This document shows positions 9,317 to 18,215 of a stretch of DNA of 64,000 nt, piece after piece. Below the pieces are notes generated by a model that saw nothing but the letters and a program-made list of their open reading frames with translations, searched no databases and had not been told where the DNA came from. This DNA is from Dehalococcoidia bacterium. GTDB lineage: Bacteria > Chloroflexota > Dehalococcoidia > GIF9 > DYGU01. The stretch lies in assembly GCA_042408205.1 (NCBI GenBank), contig JBHOQK010000025.1, positions 1,597 through 65,596 on the forward strand. Direction: 5' to 3'. The first letter of the stretch is position 1; each line of letters starts with the position of its first letter. Both the position numbers and the translations under genes were made by a program.

Positions 9317-9863
9317 TCAGGCCGACTCCGGCTTGAAGCGTATTAATCTCCTCCCATGTCCATTGACTCCCTGTGCGGGGATTATTTAGATAAACTGTGA
9401 AGTAATCTCTATATTCCTTAATAAGGTTTTGTGACGTTCCTCTAAAAATAGTATCATAGGTCTTTATCACCGTCCGGGCATCACCACTTCCCCTGTCTTT
9501 TCTGCACCTAATGTAGACTGTCACGGAGTTAATTTTTCCAGCCGAAGAAACTTGAGTTAAGTTATATAAATCTTCCTGCCACTGCTGTTGAGAAGAAGTA
9601 AAAACACAAGTCTCATCTTCTTCTGAACTTTCGTCATCGACGCAGTCATAGTTAAGAAGGTTGTCGTCGGGATGAGGCGAAAGTTGAATATCCCCATTAC
9701 TTACTGGTCTTAGAATCACTGTGTCTGGAGCCGCGGCAACTGTTGTCACACTAATAGAGACAATTCCTGAAGGCTTAATATCGACCTTCCGGGGCAACAA
9801 CGCCACTCCACAGGCGATCATTAAAGCTATTATAATAAGGGTAAGCCAGTGCTTTTTCGTCAT
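9246..9863 (-). CDS. membrane-anchored/secreted protein, first gene of the surface cluster (N-terminal part of a putative fusion)
   Basis: N-terminal hydrophobic anchor MTKKHWLTLIIIALMIACGVALL. The ORF terminates 11 nt after the C9 run (minus strand; G-run 9257..9265 on the plus strand). Confidence 0.5.
   Translation of the reverse strand: MTKKHWLTLIIIALMIACGVALLPRKVDIKPSGIVSISVTTVAAAPDTVILRPVSNGDIQLSPHPDDNLLNYDCVDDESSEEDETCVFTSSQQQWQEDLYNLTQVSSAGKINSVTVYIRCRKDRGSGDARTVIKTYDTIFRGTSQNLIKEYRDYFTVYLNNPRTGSQWTWEEINTLQAGVGLSASNKAKCTQVWVKVDYSPPHTH
9257..9265 (-). repeat. C9 homopolymer (G9 on the plus strand) at the junction of two overlapping ORFs
   Basis: Counted directly from gtgtgtggggggggggagtag. 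Loss of one C would join frame 9246..9863 to frame 8831..9316. Confidence 0.9.
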
Positions 9864-9948
9864 CTGCTGTATAAGTTAAGTTATATTTATACTAAAATTT
9901 TGTAAAAATACCTACTGCCAAGGCTTTGTCTCAAATAATCAAAAGGAT

Positions 9949-10170
9949 CTAATACTCAATGATGGCGATAGTCTCCCCGGCTTTAACCACCTGTCCTGGG
10001 GTGACTTTGACTTCTTTAACTATCCCGGAAACAGGGGTAAGGATGGAATTTTCCATCTTCATGGACTCAATAACGCAAATTTCCTCCCCTTCTTTTACTT
10101 TATCTCCGGGATTAATGTTCACTCTAAGAACTTTTCCGACTAATGGAACTTCTACAATTTCTTGAGCCAT
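9949..10170 (-). CDS. biotin carboxyl carrier / biotinyl-domain protein
   Basis: 73 aa with the biotinylation motif IESMKMEN (E-x-M-K-M). Confidence 0.85.
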   Translation of the reverse strand: MAQEIVEVPLVGKVLRVNINPGDKVKEGEEICVIESMKMENSILTPVSGIVKEVKVTPGQVVKAGETIAIIEY

Positions 10171-10180
10171 GATTGTCTCC

Positions 10181-11785
10181 TTATAGGTTAATATTGGAAT
10201 ATTTCCTCCACACCTTCCAGGGGCAAGTTCCCGGGGTAACGAATTTGTTTTCCAGAAGGTCTAAAGCCAAATTGATGTATTTTCGGGTATCATGGGGCAT
10301 GATGATATCATCAATATAGCCGCGTTCGGCTCCCACATAGGGGTTCTCATAAATCTCGCTGTACTCTCGAATTCTTTTCCTTCTGGTTTCCTCTGGGTTT
10401 TCGGCTTCTCTTATTTCTCGGGCAAAAATAACGCTGGCAGCAGTGTCGGCACCAACAATAGTAACGCGAGCGGTGGGCCAGGCAAAGACAAAATCAGCGC
10501 CAATACTTTTATCTAGCATTCCATAATGGGCTCCGGCATAGGATTTTCGGACGATGATAGAAATTAGGGGGACGGTGGCATCAGACCAGGCATAAAGCAT
10601 TTTAGCTCCATGGCGCAAAATCCCGGCCCAATCGGCTTGGGAGCCAATGATGAAACCAGGGCAATCCACAAAGGTGACTAAAGGTATGTTAAAAAGGTCG
10701 CAAAATCGGATAAACCTGGCTCCCTTATCTGAAGCATTTATATCCAGCATGCCTGCAGCATACATGGGCTGGTTAGCCACTATACCTACCGGACGACCAT
10801 TAAAGCGAGCAAAGCCGGTGATTAAATTTCTGGCAAAGAGCCCCATGGTTTCAAAGAAATAGCCATCGTCGACTACTCTTTTTATCACCTCCTTCATGTC
10901 AAAGCCTTTGTAAGGCTCATCCGGAACTATATAATCCAGATCTTTGACAATCCGGTCTGGGGGATCTTCCGTTTTACGGCGAGGTGGTTTTTCTCGGTTG
11001 TTGGAGGGGAAGAAGGAGAGGAGTTCTTTAGCTTTGTCTATAGCATCTTTATCATCTTCGGCGACAATATGGGTCTGTCCTGATTTAACTGCGTGAGCCT
11101 TCCACCCGCAAAGCTCCTCCAGGCTGATTTCTTCCCCAATTTGAGTTTTGACAAAGGCAGGTCCGGCAATACCCATAAAGCCAGTATTTCGGGCTTGAAT
11201 GAGGAAATCTTGCATTATCGGATGGTAAGCTTGACCGCCAAGACATGGACCTAATAGGAGAGCAATCTGGGGTATAACTCCTGAAGCTAAGTCTTGCATT
11301 CGGAAAAGCCAACCATAAGCTTCTAAGGTGTCCATGCCTTCTTGGAGTCGGGCGCCTCCGGAATCATTCATACCGATAATGGGCCAACCTTTTTCCATAG
11401 CGAATTGGATAGCGTAGGTTTCTTTTTTACCGTGGTATTCACCAAAGGTTCCAGCCATAGCAGAATAGTCTTCAGAGAAGCTGACTACCCACCGACCATT
11501 AACCTTACCGAAAGCGGTGATAACTCCTTCTGCTGGTACCCAGGCTTTGTCCATACCAAAATGAACGGTTCTGTGTTTAATATGCATTCCTATTTCAGTG
11601 TATTCTCCGCCATCAAAGAGATATTCCAGTCTTTCTCTGGCATTTAGTTGTCCGGCTTGGCGGCGCTTTTCCAAAACCTTTGGGTCTCCCATTTGTTTTA
11701 TTTTTTGGCGTCTTTCTTCCAGTTCCCGATATAAGTCTTCCTTGGTTTTGTAAACTCCTCCGGGATACTCGTGCCATTCACTCAT
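10181..11785 (-). CDS. acyl-CoA carboxylase carboxyltransferase subunit (propionyl-CoA carboxylase beta / methylmalonyl-CoA carboxyltransferase family)
   Basis: 534 aa with the two-domain carboxyltransferase pattern (GMNDSGGARLQEG, GIVANQP, AGAHYGM). Confidence 0.9.
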   Translation of the reverse strand: MSEWHEYPGGVYKTKEDLYRELEERRQKIKQMGDPKVLEKRRQAGQLNARERLEYLFDGGEYTEIGMHIKHRTVHFGMDKAWVPAEGVITAFGKVNGRWVVSFSEDYSAMAGTFGEYHGKKETYAIQFAMEKGWPIIGMNDSGGARLQEGMDTLEAYGWLFRMQDLASGVIPQIALLLGPCLGGQAYHPIMQDFLIQARNTGFMGIAGPAFVKTQIGEEISLEELCGWKAHAVKSGQTHIVAEDDKDAIDKAKELLSFFPSNNREKPPRRKTEDPPDRIVKDLDYIVPDEPYKGFDMKEVIKRVVDDGYFFETMGLFARNLITGFARFNGRPVGIVANQPMYAAGMLDINASDKGARFIRFCDLFNIPLVTFVDCPGFIIGSQADWAGILRHGAKMLYAWSDATVPLISIIVRKSYAGAHYGMLDKSIGADFVFAWPTARVTIVGADTAASVIFAREIREAENPEETRRKRIREYSEIYENPYVGAERGYIDDIIMPHDTRKYINLALDLLENKFVTPGTCPWKVWRKYSNINL

Positions 11786-11835
11786 GTGACCCCTCCTTTT
11801 ATTAGTTTGGATTGAGTTTTTTCAGCTAAGGCTTT

Positions 11836-12978
11836 TTAGCGGATGCCAATTTCTCGGGAAATAATCAGTTGCTGGATTTCTGAAGTTCCTTCGGTGATAG
11901 TTGCCAGGCGAGCGTCCCGGAAATAGCGTTGGACTGGGGATTCTTCAGTGAGACCATAACCACCGTGGATTTGTAAGGCTTCGGTAGTTACCCTTACTGC
12001 CACTTCACTGGCGAAAAGTTTAGCCATAGCTGCTTCTTTTACATGGGGTAAGTTTTTGTCATAAAGCCAAGCTGCATAATACATAAGCCAGCGGGCTGCT
12101 TCTATATCTAAAGCCATTCGGGCTAATTTAAAGGCGTTAGTTTGGAATTTAGCAATAGGTTGCCCGAATTGGACTCTTTCTTGGGCATATTTAAGGGCAG
12201 CGTCATAAGCAGCCCGAGCCAAACCTAAACTTCTGGCTGCGTGGGAGATTCTTCCCCCATACAATACTTCTAAGATATAGGGAAAACCTTTGCCCTCTTC
12301 GCCAATAAGGTTTTCTTCAGGCACGGCACAATTGTCAAAGTGGAGCTCACCGGTTTCCCCAGGGCGAGAACAGAACTTATGGAGTTTCGAGCGGGTAAAG
12401 CCGGGAGTATCCTTTTCCACAATAAACAAGCTGACTCCCCGACCAGCGCCTTTACTTTTGTCAGTGTAGGCAGCCACCACTACGAAGTCACAAATATTAC
12501 CATTAGTAATGAAAATTTTGGTGCCGTTAATAATATATTTTCCGTTTTTCTTAACCGCGGTTGTTTCTATGGCGGCAGCATCGGAGCCGGCATTAGGCTC
12601 GGTAAGGCCAAAGGCGGCTATTTTTCTTCCTTTAATGGCTGGCACTAAATATTTTTGTTTTTGCTCTTCATTACCTCGAGTATAAATGGCTGAGGTGCCA
12701 ATTCCCCCCTGAACCATAATCCCAGCAGCTATACCCACATTGACATAAGCTATTTCTTCTATAGCGATGCAATCACCTATTTTACCCATTCCAGCCCCCC
12801 CGTATTCTGGGGGATACCTAACACATAGGTACCCCAGGTCACCCATTTTAGGAAATAGTTGGATAGGGAAGGTGGCGGTCTTTTCAGCTTCGTCAACTAA
12901 AGGGGCAATTTCTTTTTGGGCAAAATCTCGTATGGCTTGCTTAAACATCTTTTGTTCTTCAGTAAATTCAAAATCCAT
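11836..12978 (-). CDS. acyl-CoA dehydrogenase
   Basis: MDFEFTEEQKMF start with SD aaggagac 5 nt upstream, which I prefer over the 13047 start in the ORF track. Typical ACAD blocks (GLTEPNAGSD, YRDARLATITEGTSEIQ). Confidence 0.9.
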   Translation of the reverse strand: MDFEFTEEQKMFKQAIRDFAQKEIAPLVDEAEKTATFPIQLFPKMGDLGYLCVRYPPEYGGAGMGKIGDCIAIEEIAYVNVGIAAGIMVQGGIGTSAIYTRGNEEQKQKYLVPAIKGRKIAAFGLTEPNAGSDAAAIETTAVKKNGKYIINGTKIFITNGNICDFVVVAAYTDKSKGAGRGVSLFIVEKDTPGFTRSKLHKFCSRPGETGELHFDNCAVPEENLIGEEGKGFPYILEVLYGGRISHAARSLGLARAAYDAALKYAQERVQFGQPIAKFQTNAFKLARMALDIEAARWLMYYAAWLYDKNLPHVKEAAMAKLFASEVAVRVTTEALQIHGGYGLTEESPVQRYFRDARLATITEGTSEIQQLIISREIGIR

Positions 12979-13058
12979 TTTTGTCTCCTTTGTGTTAAGA
13001 TAATATTTGAACCTTGTGTATTTTATAAAAAACAATAAAAATTTCAAGTAGGAAGCAA

Positions 13059-13775
13059 ATGGAAATAATTCCAGCTATTGACCTTAAAGGGGGGAAGTGT
13101 GTTCGTTTGTATCAAGGGGACTTAAAACAAGAAATGGTGTTTTCTGAGGAACCGGTGGCGGTAGCTTTGGACTGGGAAGCTCAGGGGGCGTCACGCCTTC
13201 ATATTGTTGACCTGGATGGAGCTGTTACTGGAGAAATAGTTAATAAAGAGACGATAAAAGCAATTTTAGATAAAGTTAGTATACCGGTTCAGGTGGGGGG
13301 TGGGATTCGTCGGCTACAGGTAGTGACGGAGTTGCTCACCCTGGGTGCCAAGCGGGTAATATTAGGTACTATGGCTGTAGAAAATATAAGATTAGTGGAA
13401 GAACTGTGTCAGCGATTTGGGGAAGCCATTATTGTAAGTCTTGATGCCCGGGATGGTTATATAGCTACTCATGGCTGGCAAAGAACCAATCCGGTTACGG
13501 CTTTAGAGTTAGGGTTAAAATTAGTAAAAGCTGGGGTAAAGCGACTTATTTATACGGACATAAAGCGGGATGGCACTTTAACGGAACCTAATTTTGACGC
13601 TATAGCTGAGTTAGTGACAAAGTTAGCTGTGCCCATTATTGCCTCTGGGGGGGTTTCATCCTTATTTCATCTGAAACGGCTCAAAGATTTGGGGGTTGAA
13701 GGAGTTATTATCGGCAGGGCTCTTTATAGTGGTAATATAAAACTGACAGAAGCTATAACCCAAGCGAGGGTATAG
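13059..13775 (+). CDS. hisA: 1-(5-phosphoribosyl)-5-[(5-phosphoribosylamino)methylideneamino]imidazole-4-carboxamide isomerase
   Basis: IIPAIDLKGGKCVRLYQGD N-terminus, 238 aa, immediately upstream of hisF. Confidence 0.9.
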   Translation: MEIIPAIDLKGGKCVRLYQGDLKQEMVFSEEPVAVALDWEAQGASRLHIVDLDGAVTGEIVNKETIKAILDKVSIPVQVGGGIRRLQVVTELLTLGAKRVILGTMAVENIRLVEELCQRFGEAIIVSLDARDGYIATHGWQRTNPVTALELGLKLVKAGVKRLIYTDIKRDGTLTEPNFDAIAELVTKLAVPIIASGGVSSLFHLKRLKDLGVEGVIIGRALYSGNIKLTEAITQARV

Positions 13776-13796
13776 TAGACTTTAAGGAGGTTTGAG

Positions 13797-14594
13797 TTGT
13801 TAACTAAGCGGATAATTCCATGTCTTGATGTTACTGGGGGGAGGGTAGTTAAGGGGGTTAGTTTTGTTAAGCTTAGGGATGCGGGTGATCCGGTGGAGTT
13901 AGGCAGTTTTTACAGTAATGAAGGGGCTGACGAGTTGGTGTTTTTGGACATTACTGCTTCTTCTGAGGCTCGGGATATTATGGTAGAGGTGGTGGAACGG
14001 GTTTCTCGGGTAGTTTTTATACCTTTTACTGTTGGGGGTGGTATTCGGAGTCTCGATGATATGAGGCGGATTTTGGAAGCTGGAGCGGATAAAGTAGCTA
14101 TAAATACGGCGGCGGTGCATAATCCCCAGCTTATCACTGAGGGGGCAGCCAAATTCGGTAGCCAGTGCATTGTAGTGGCTATTGATGCTAAAAGACTGGA
14201 GGGGGAGAAACGGACGAGTGGAGCCTTAGGTTTAGATTCAGGTTCAAAATGGGAAGTATATATTTATGGGGGTAGACAGCCGACGGGTATTGATGCGGTG
14301 AAGTGGGCAAAAGAAGCCGTAAGGTTAGGTGCCGGGGAGCTTTTGGTGACCAGTATGGACTGTGATGGGCATCAGATGGGCTATGACTTGGAGTTGACCC
14401 GAACTATATCTGAGGGAGTAGAAGTACCAGTTATAGCCAGTGGTGGTGCTGGAAATCTGGAACATCTTTATGAGGCTATTGTAATCGGTAAGGCTGATGC
14501 AGTTTTAGCCGCCAGTATTTTTCATTATGGTAAATATTCTATTCGTCAAGCCAAAGAATATTTAGCCCAAAGGGGAATACCCGTTAGATTATAA
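13797..14594 (+). CDS. hisF: imidazole glycerol phosphate synthase cyclase subunit
   Basis: KRIIPCLDV...GRVVKG N-terminus and FTVGGGIRS block. TTG start with SD aaggagg. Confidence 0.95.
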   Translation: MLTKRIIPCLDVTGGRVVKGVSFVKLRDAGDPVELGSFYSNEGADELVFLDITASSEARDIMVEVVERVSRVVFIPFTVGGGIRSLDDMRRILEAGADKVAINTAAVHNPQLITEGAAKFGSQCIVVAIDAKRLEGEKRTSGALGLDSGSKWEVYIYGGRQPTGIDAVKWAKEAVRLGAGELLVTSMDCDGHQMGYDLELTRTISEGVEVPVIASGGAGNLEHLYEAIVIGKADAVLAASIFHYGKYSIRQAKEYLAQRGIPVRL

Positions 14595-14603
14595 AGGAGG
14601 TCA

Positions 14604-14951
14604 ATGCTTAAGTTTGATGATAAAGGTTTGATTCCAGCTATTATTCAGGATGTCAACACTGGTGAGGTGCTGATGGTGGGGTATATGAATCAAGAAGCTC
14701 TGCGACGAACTTTAGATAAAGGCGAAGTCTGGTTTTATAGTCGGAGCCGACAGGAATTGTGGCATAAAGGAGCTACTTCCGGCAGTATTCTTAAAGTTAG
14801 CTGGGTGGCTAAAGACTGCGATGGAGATGCCCTTTTGTTTAAGGTGGAGCCGGCTGGTCCAGTATGTCATACCGGTAACTGGAGTTGCTTTTTCCAATCT
14901 CTTACTCAAGAGGATTTGTCATTCCTGCCGGGAAAAAGACCAGATAGCTAA
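14604..14951 (+). CDS. hisI: phosphoribosyl-AMP cyclohydrolase
   Basis: GLIPAIIQD...[12 protein letters not shown]...[13 protein letters not shown] and the [10 protein letters not shown] block. 115 aa, so monofunctional HisI. Confidence 0.9.
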   Translation: MLKFDDKGLIPAIIQDVNTGEVLMVGYMNQEALRRTLDKGEVWFYSRSRQELWHKGATSGSILKVSWVAKDCDGDALLFKVEPAGPVCHTGNWSCFFQSLTQEDLSFLPGKRPDS

Positions 14952-15698
14952 GCTGGTAACAATAATTGCTAAGGCTCCAATTACCAAGGTATCTTCAATA
15001 AGAGTTACCGGACGCCCAAACCAGATTATTGGAGGAACTACTGGACCTAATATTAGATAACGGATAGCATTTATTCCATAGGTGATGGGGTTTATTTTGA
15101 CAATAATATCCAACCAGTGGGGAAGATTAGTCAGGGGGAAGAAAATTCCAGAGAGAAAAATAAGAGGCATAAGCACTAAGCTGATAACTACTTGAAAGGT
15201 TTCCATGGTATAGGTTCGGGAAGCAATAAGTATCCCTAAGGAACTGAGGGTAAAGGCGGTGAGGAGCAAAAAGGGGAGTAAATAGGGAAGAGAAGTCAGG
15301 GAGAGATTTATCCCCAGGCAAGGAGCTAAGACTAAAAGAATTAAGCCTTGGACTATAGCCAAAGTAGCACCCCCTAAAGCTTTGCCCAGAACCATAGCTC
15401 GGCGACTTAAGGGGGAGACTAATACTTCTTTAAGAAACCCCATTTCCCTTTCCCAAACTACAGACATTCCTGACATCAGAGCTGTCATGAGCACAGTCAT
15501 TCCCAGAAGACCGGGAAAAAGGAATTGGGTAAAGTTTAAGCCTGGAGCCAGGGGTCCCATGGAGCGACTAAGTCCGAAGCCAAAAACTATCAGGTAAAGG
15601 AAAGGAGCTCCCAGGGAGGCTATAGCTCTGGGGCGCTCTCGCCTGAGTTTTAATATCTCTCGGTACCACAAAATATAAATTCCTTTAAGTTCAGCCAT
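14919..15698 (-). CDS. ABC-2 type transporter permease
   Basis: 259 aa with about six hydrophobic segments. It is adjacent to the ABC ATPase gene, with 1 nt between stop and start. Confidence 0.8.
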   Translation of the reverse strand: MAELKGIYILWYREILKLRRERPRAIASLGAPFLYLIVFGFGLSRSMGPLAPGLNFTQFLFPGLLGMTVLMTALMSGMSVVWEREMGFLKEVLVSPLSRRAMVLGKALGGATLAIVQGLILLVLAPCLGINLSLTSLPYLLPFLLLTAFTLSSLGILIASRTYTMETFQVVISLVLMPLIFLSGIFFPLTNLPHWLDIIVKINPITYGINAIRYLILGPVVPPIIWFGRPVTLIEDTLVIGALAIIVTSLAIWSFSRQE

Positions 15699-15699
15699 G

Positions 15700-16680
15700 T
15701 CAGTGGCGACGTCGGTGGTAGCGTATCCATTCCCGAAGGGCTTCAGCTCCGTTTAGTTCAGCTTCCCTTAGTTCCTTGCCAGTAAGCTTTAGGAAAACAT
15801 CTTCCAAAGTAGGACGACGCAGGCTGAGGCTGCGAATGGGAATAGAAAGACTGGAAACTAACCGGGGAATAAAATTACTTCCTTGGGGCACTTCAAACTT
15901 TAAACCATTGCCATCTTTCACGGCCGAAATGCCAAATTTGGTGGCTAATTCTTCAATAGCTACTTCATCTTTTTCTGTTTCCAGATAAATGAGGTCACCT
16001 TTTACCTTTTGCTTCAGGGCTTCAGGGGTATCTAAGGCAACAATAACTCCCTTATCCATGATAGCAATATAGTCAGCATTCTCCGCCTCGTCCATGTAAT
16101 GGGTAGTCAAGAAAATAGTTATCCCTTTCTCTCGCCTAAGTTGGTGAATATATTCCCACATTCGCGCTCTGGTCTGGGGGTCAAGCCCTAAGGTTGGTTC
16201 ATCCAAGAATAATACTTTGGGATGGTGGAGCAATCCCCGAGCCAACTCAAGTCTTCTTTTCATGCCTCCGGAAAAGGTGCGAACTAAACTGTCCCGCCGC
16301 TCCCAAAGTTCCACCATCCTCAACACTTCTTCAATGCGTTCCCGAGCTAATTTTTGGGGTAAGTTGTAAACGAAGGCGTGGAATCTAAGATTATCTAAAG
16401 CTGTCATTCGTTCATCCAGGGATGGCTCCTGGAAGACCAGGGCAATGCATTGACGAACCTTGTTTGGTTCTTTAACGACATCATAACCACAAACTGAAGC
16501 TCTTCCTGAGGTAGGCTTGATAAGAGTGCACAGGATATTGATAGTGGTAGTTTTGCCGGCTCCATTAGGCCCAAGAAAGCCAAAAATACTCCCGGCTTCT
16601 ACCTTAAAGCTAACGTTTTTTACTGCGGTAATAGGACCGAATTTTTTGACTAAGTGTTCTGCTTCAATTATGAAAGACAA
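15700..16680 (-). CDS. ABC transporter ATP-binding protein (DrrA-like)
   Basis: Walker A GPNGAGKTT, signature FSGGMKRRL, Walker B LFLDEPT. Confidence 0.9.
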   Translation of the reverse strand: MSFIIEAEHLVKKFGPITAVKNVSFKVEAGSIFGFLGPNGAGKTTTINILCTLIKPTSGRASVCGYDVVKEPNKVRQCIALVFQEPSLDERMTALDNLRFHAFVYNLPQKLARERIEEVLRMVELWERRDSLVRTFSGGMKRRLELARGLLHHPKVLFLDEPTLGLDPQTRARMWEYIHQLRREKGITIFLTTHYMDEAENADYIAIMDKGVIVALDTPEALKQKVKGDLIYLETEKDEVAIEELATKFGISAVKDGNGLKFEVPQGSNFIPRLVSSLSIPIRSLSLRRPTLEDVFLKLTGKELREAELNGAEALREWIRYHRRRH

Positions 16681-16693
16681 TTTGGTGAGGTTT

Positions 16694-16900
16694 TTATTCT
16701 GTCAATTTATAGCGTTTCTTAAATCTTTCTACTCTACCGGCGGTATCGGCGATGCGCTGTTCTCCAGTGAAGAAGGGGTGGCATTTACTACAGACTTCTA
16801 TTTTGAGGACTGGTTTAGTTGAACCAGTAATGAAAGTATTACCGCAGGCGCAAATTACTTTGGCTTCAGGATAATATTTGGGATGGATTTTTTCTTTCAT
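16694..16900 (-). CDS. rpmE: 50S ribosomal protein L31 (Zn-ribbon type)
   Basis: [10 protein letters not shown] start, with CACG and [10 protein letters not shown] motifs. Confidence 0.9.
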   Translation of the reverse strand: MKEKIHPKYYPEAKVICACGNTFITGSTKPVLKIEVCSKCHPFFTGEQRIADTAGRVERFKKRYKLTE

Positions 16901-16901
16901 T

Positions 16902-17159
16902 TTAACTATTGGCGTAAACGCTGACCTTCTTTTTGTTTTTGGTTATAGGCTCAAATTTGACAATCCCATCAATAAGAGCAAATAAAGTGTGGTCCTTGCC
17001 CATACCGACGTTATTACCTGGGTAAATACGGGTTCCCCGTTGCCGAACCAAAATTTCGCCGGCACGAACTTGTTGGTTGTCATATCTTTTGACCCCTAAT
17101 CTTTTGGAGTGGCTATCTCTGCCACAGCGAGTGCTGCCACCGCTTTTTTTATGCGCCAT
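16902..17159 (-). CDS. rpmA: 50S ribosomal protein L27
   Basis: [25 protein letters not shown]-terminus. Confidence 0.95.
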   Translation of the reverse strand: MAHKKSGGSTRCGRDSHSKRLGVKRYDNQQVRAGEILVRQRGTRIYPGNNVGMGKDHTLFALIDGIVKFEPITKNKKKVSVYANS

Positions 17160-17205
17160 TTAAACTTCACCCCCTATTTAATTTTCCTTAGAATTCTCTT
17201 TAGGC

Positions 17206-17529
17206 TCAAACCACTTCAGGTTTAAGGATTTCATTGATTTTTAGGTTGGTATAAAGTTGGCGATGCCCTTTTTTGCGACGGTAGCGAACTTTTGATTTAT
17301 ACTTAAAAACTATGATTTTGTCTCCTTTTTCCTCATTAAGGCAGGTTGCCCTTACTTTAGCCCCGTCAATAGTCGGTTTGCCCACAATTATATCATTACC
17401 ATCAGCAATAAGGAGCACTTTATCTAATTCAACAATATTACCCTCGGGTACATTTAAACGGTCAACCTTGATTATTTGTCCCGGGGTTACTTTATATTGT
17501 TTACCACCGGTTTCAATAATGGCGTAAAT
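17206..17529 (-). CDS. rplU: 50S ribosomal protein L21, apparently initiated at ATT
   Basis: The conserved L21 N-terminus YAIIETGGKQYKVTPGQ is encoded upstream of the first ATG in the ORF track. The frame opens TAA-ATT-TAC-GCC, and SD GGAGGTG lies 5 nt upstream of the ATT. Confidence 0.8.
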   Translation of the reverse strand: MYAIIETGGKQYKVTPGQIIKVDRLNVPEGNIVELDKVLLIADGNDIIVGKPTIDGAKVRATCLNEEKGDKIIVFKYKSKVRYRRKKGHRQLYTNLKINEILKPEVV

Positions 17530-17558
17530 TTATTCACCTCCTGAACTAAAACGTCTTA

Positions 17559-17587
17559 ATTTTAGCAATACCAATAAATGGTGTCAA
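17559..17587 (-). promoter_or_regulatory. promoter for rplU-rpmA-rpmE (TTGACA-17-TAAAAT)
   Basis: Consensus -35, 17-nt spacer and near-consensus -10, read on the minus strand upstream of the rplU SD. Confidence 0.6.
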
Positions 17588-17603
17588 AATTTAAAACAAA
17601 AGG

Positions 17604-18206
17604 TTAGGGACTATGGATTATCTTTTCCCATAGTTGCGTTACCTTAGTTTCTAACTGAGACAAGCTACAGTTAGTGTCAATTACCACCTGAGCTCGTTTA
17701 ATTTTTTCTTCCTGGGGTAGCTGGGAGTTGAGGCGGGCTAAGATTTGAGTTTCATCCCACCCCTTTTCCTTTTTGAGGCGTTCTATAATAACTTCCTTAG
17801 GGGCAGTGGCTAACCAAATTTGGTCAACGAGATTTGTCCAGCCAGCTTCAATAAGTAACGGAGCTTCTAGGACAATGACTTTAGCTCCCTTTTTTTGTTC
17901 CGTCTCAATTCTCTCTTTAGTTCTGTGATACATTTCAGGATGCATTATCTGGTTAAGGATAGCTAAGGCTTGGGGGTTATTAAAAACTATTTCTCCTAAT
18001 TTACGGCGGTCTATCTCATTATTAGCTTTGAGGATATCTTTGCCGAAGGTAGAAACTATTTTGTGCCAAGTTTGAGTTTTGGGTTGGAGGAGTTCATGTC
18101 CAATTTGATCGGCGTTAATTATAGTAGCTCCCAACTTGGCTAAGATGTTAGAAATAGTGGTTTTTCCGGTGCCGATGTTTCCCGTTAAGCCGATGACTAT
18201 TTTCAA
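17604..18206 (-). CDS. coaE: dephospho-CoA kinase
   Basis: IGLTGNIGTGKTT P-loop at the N-terminus, 200 aa. Confidence 0.9.
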   Translation of the reverse strand: MKIVIGLTGNIGTGKTTISNILAKLGATIINADQIGHELLQPKTQTWHKIVSTFGKDILKANNEIDRRKLGEIVFNNPQALAILNQIMHPEMYHRTKERIETEQKKGAKVIVLEAPLLIEAGWTNLVDQIWLATAPKEVIIERLKKEKGWDETQILARLNSQLPQEEKIKRAQVVIDTNCSLSQLETKVTQLWEKIIHSP

Positions 18207-18215
18207 CTTGGCTTT

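Noticed and set aside
11836-13047. The long 403-aa version of the acyl-CoA dehydrogenase ORF starting MKFLLFFIKYTRFKYY.
   Set aside because: The extension is AT-rich promoter-like sequence. The conserved ACAD N-terminus begins at MDFEFTEEQ (12978), directly after an AAGGAG SD.
13899-14170. Minus-strand ORFs within hisF. The same applies to the antisense ORFs in meaB (51339..51811), purL (58494..58934) and the aminotransferase (62975..63814).
   Set aside because: They are antisense shadows of confidently assigned genes.
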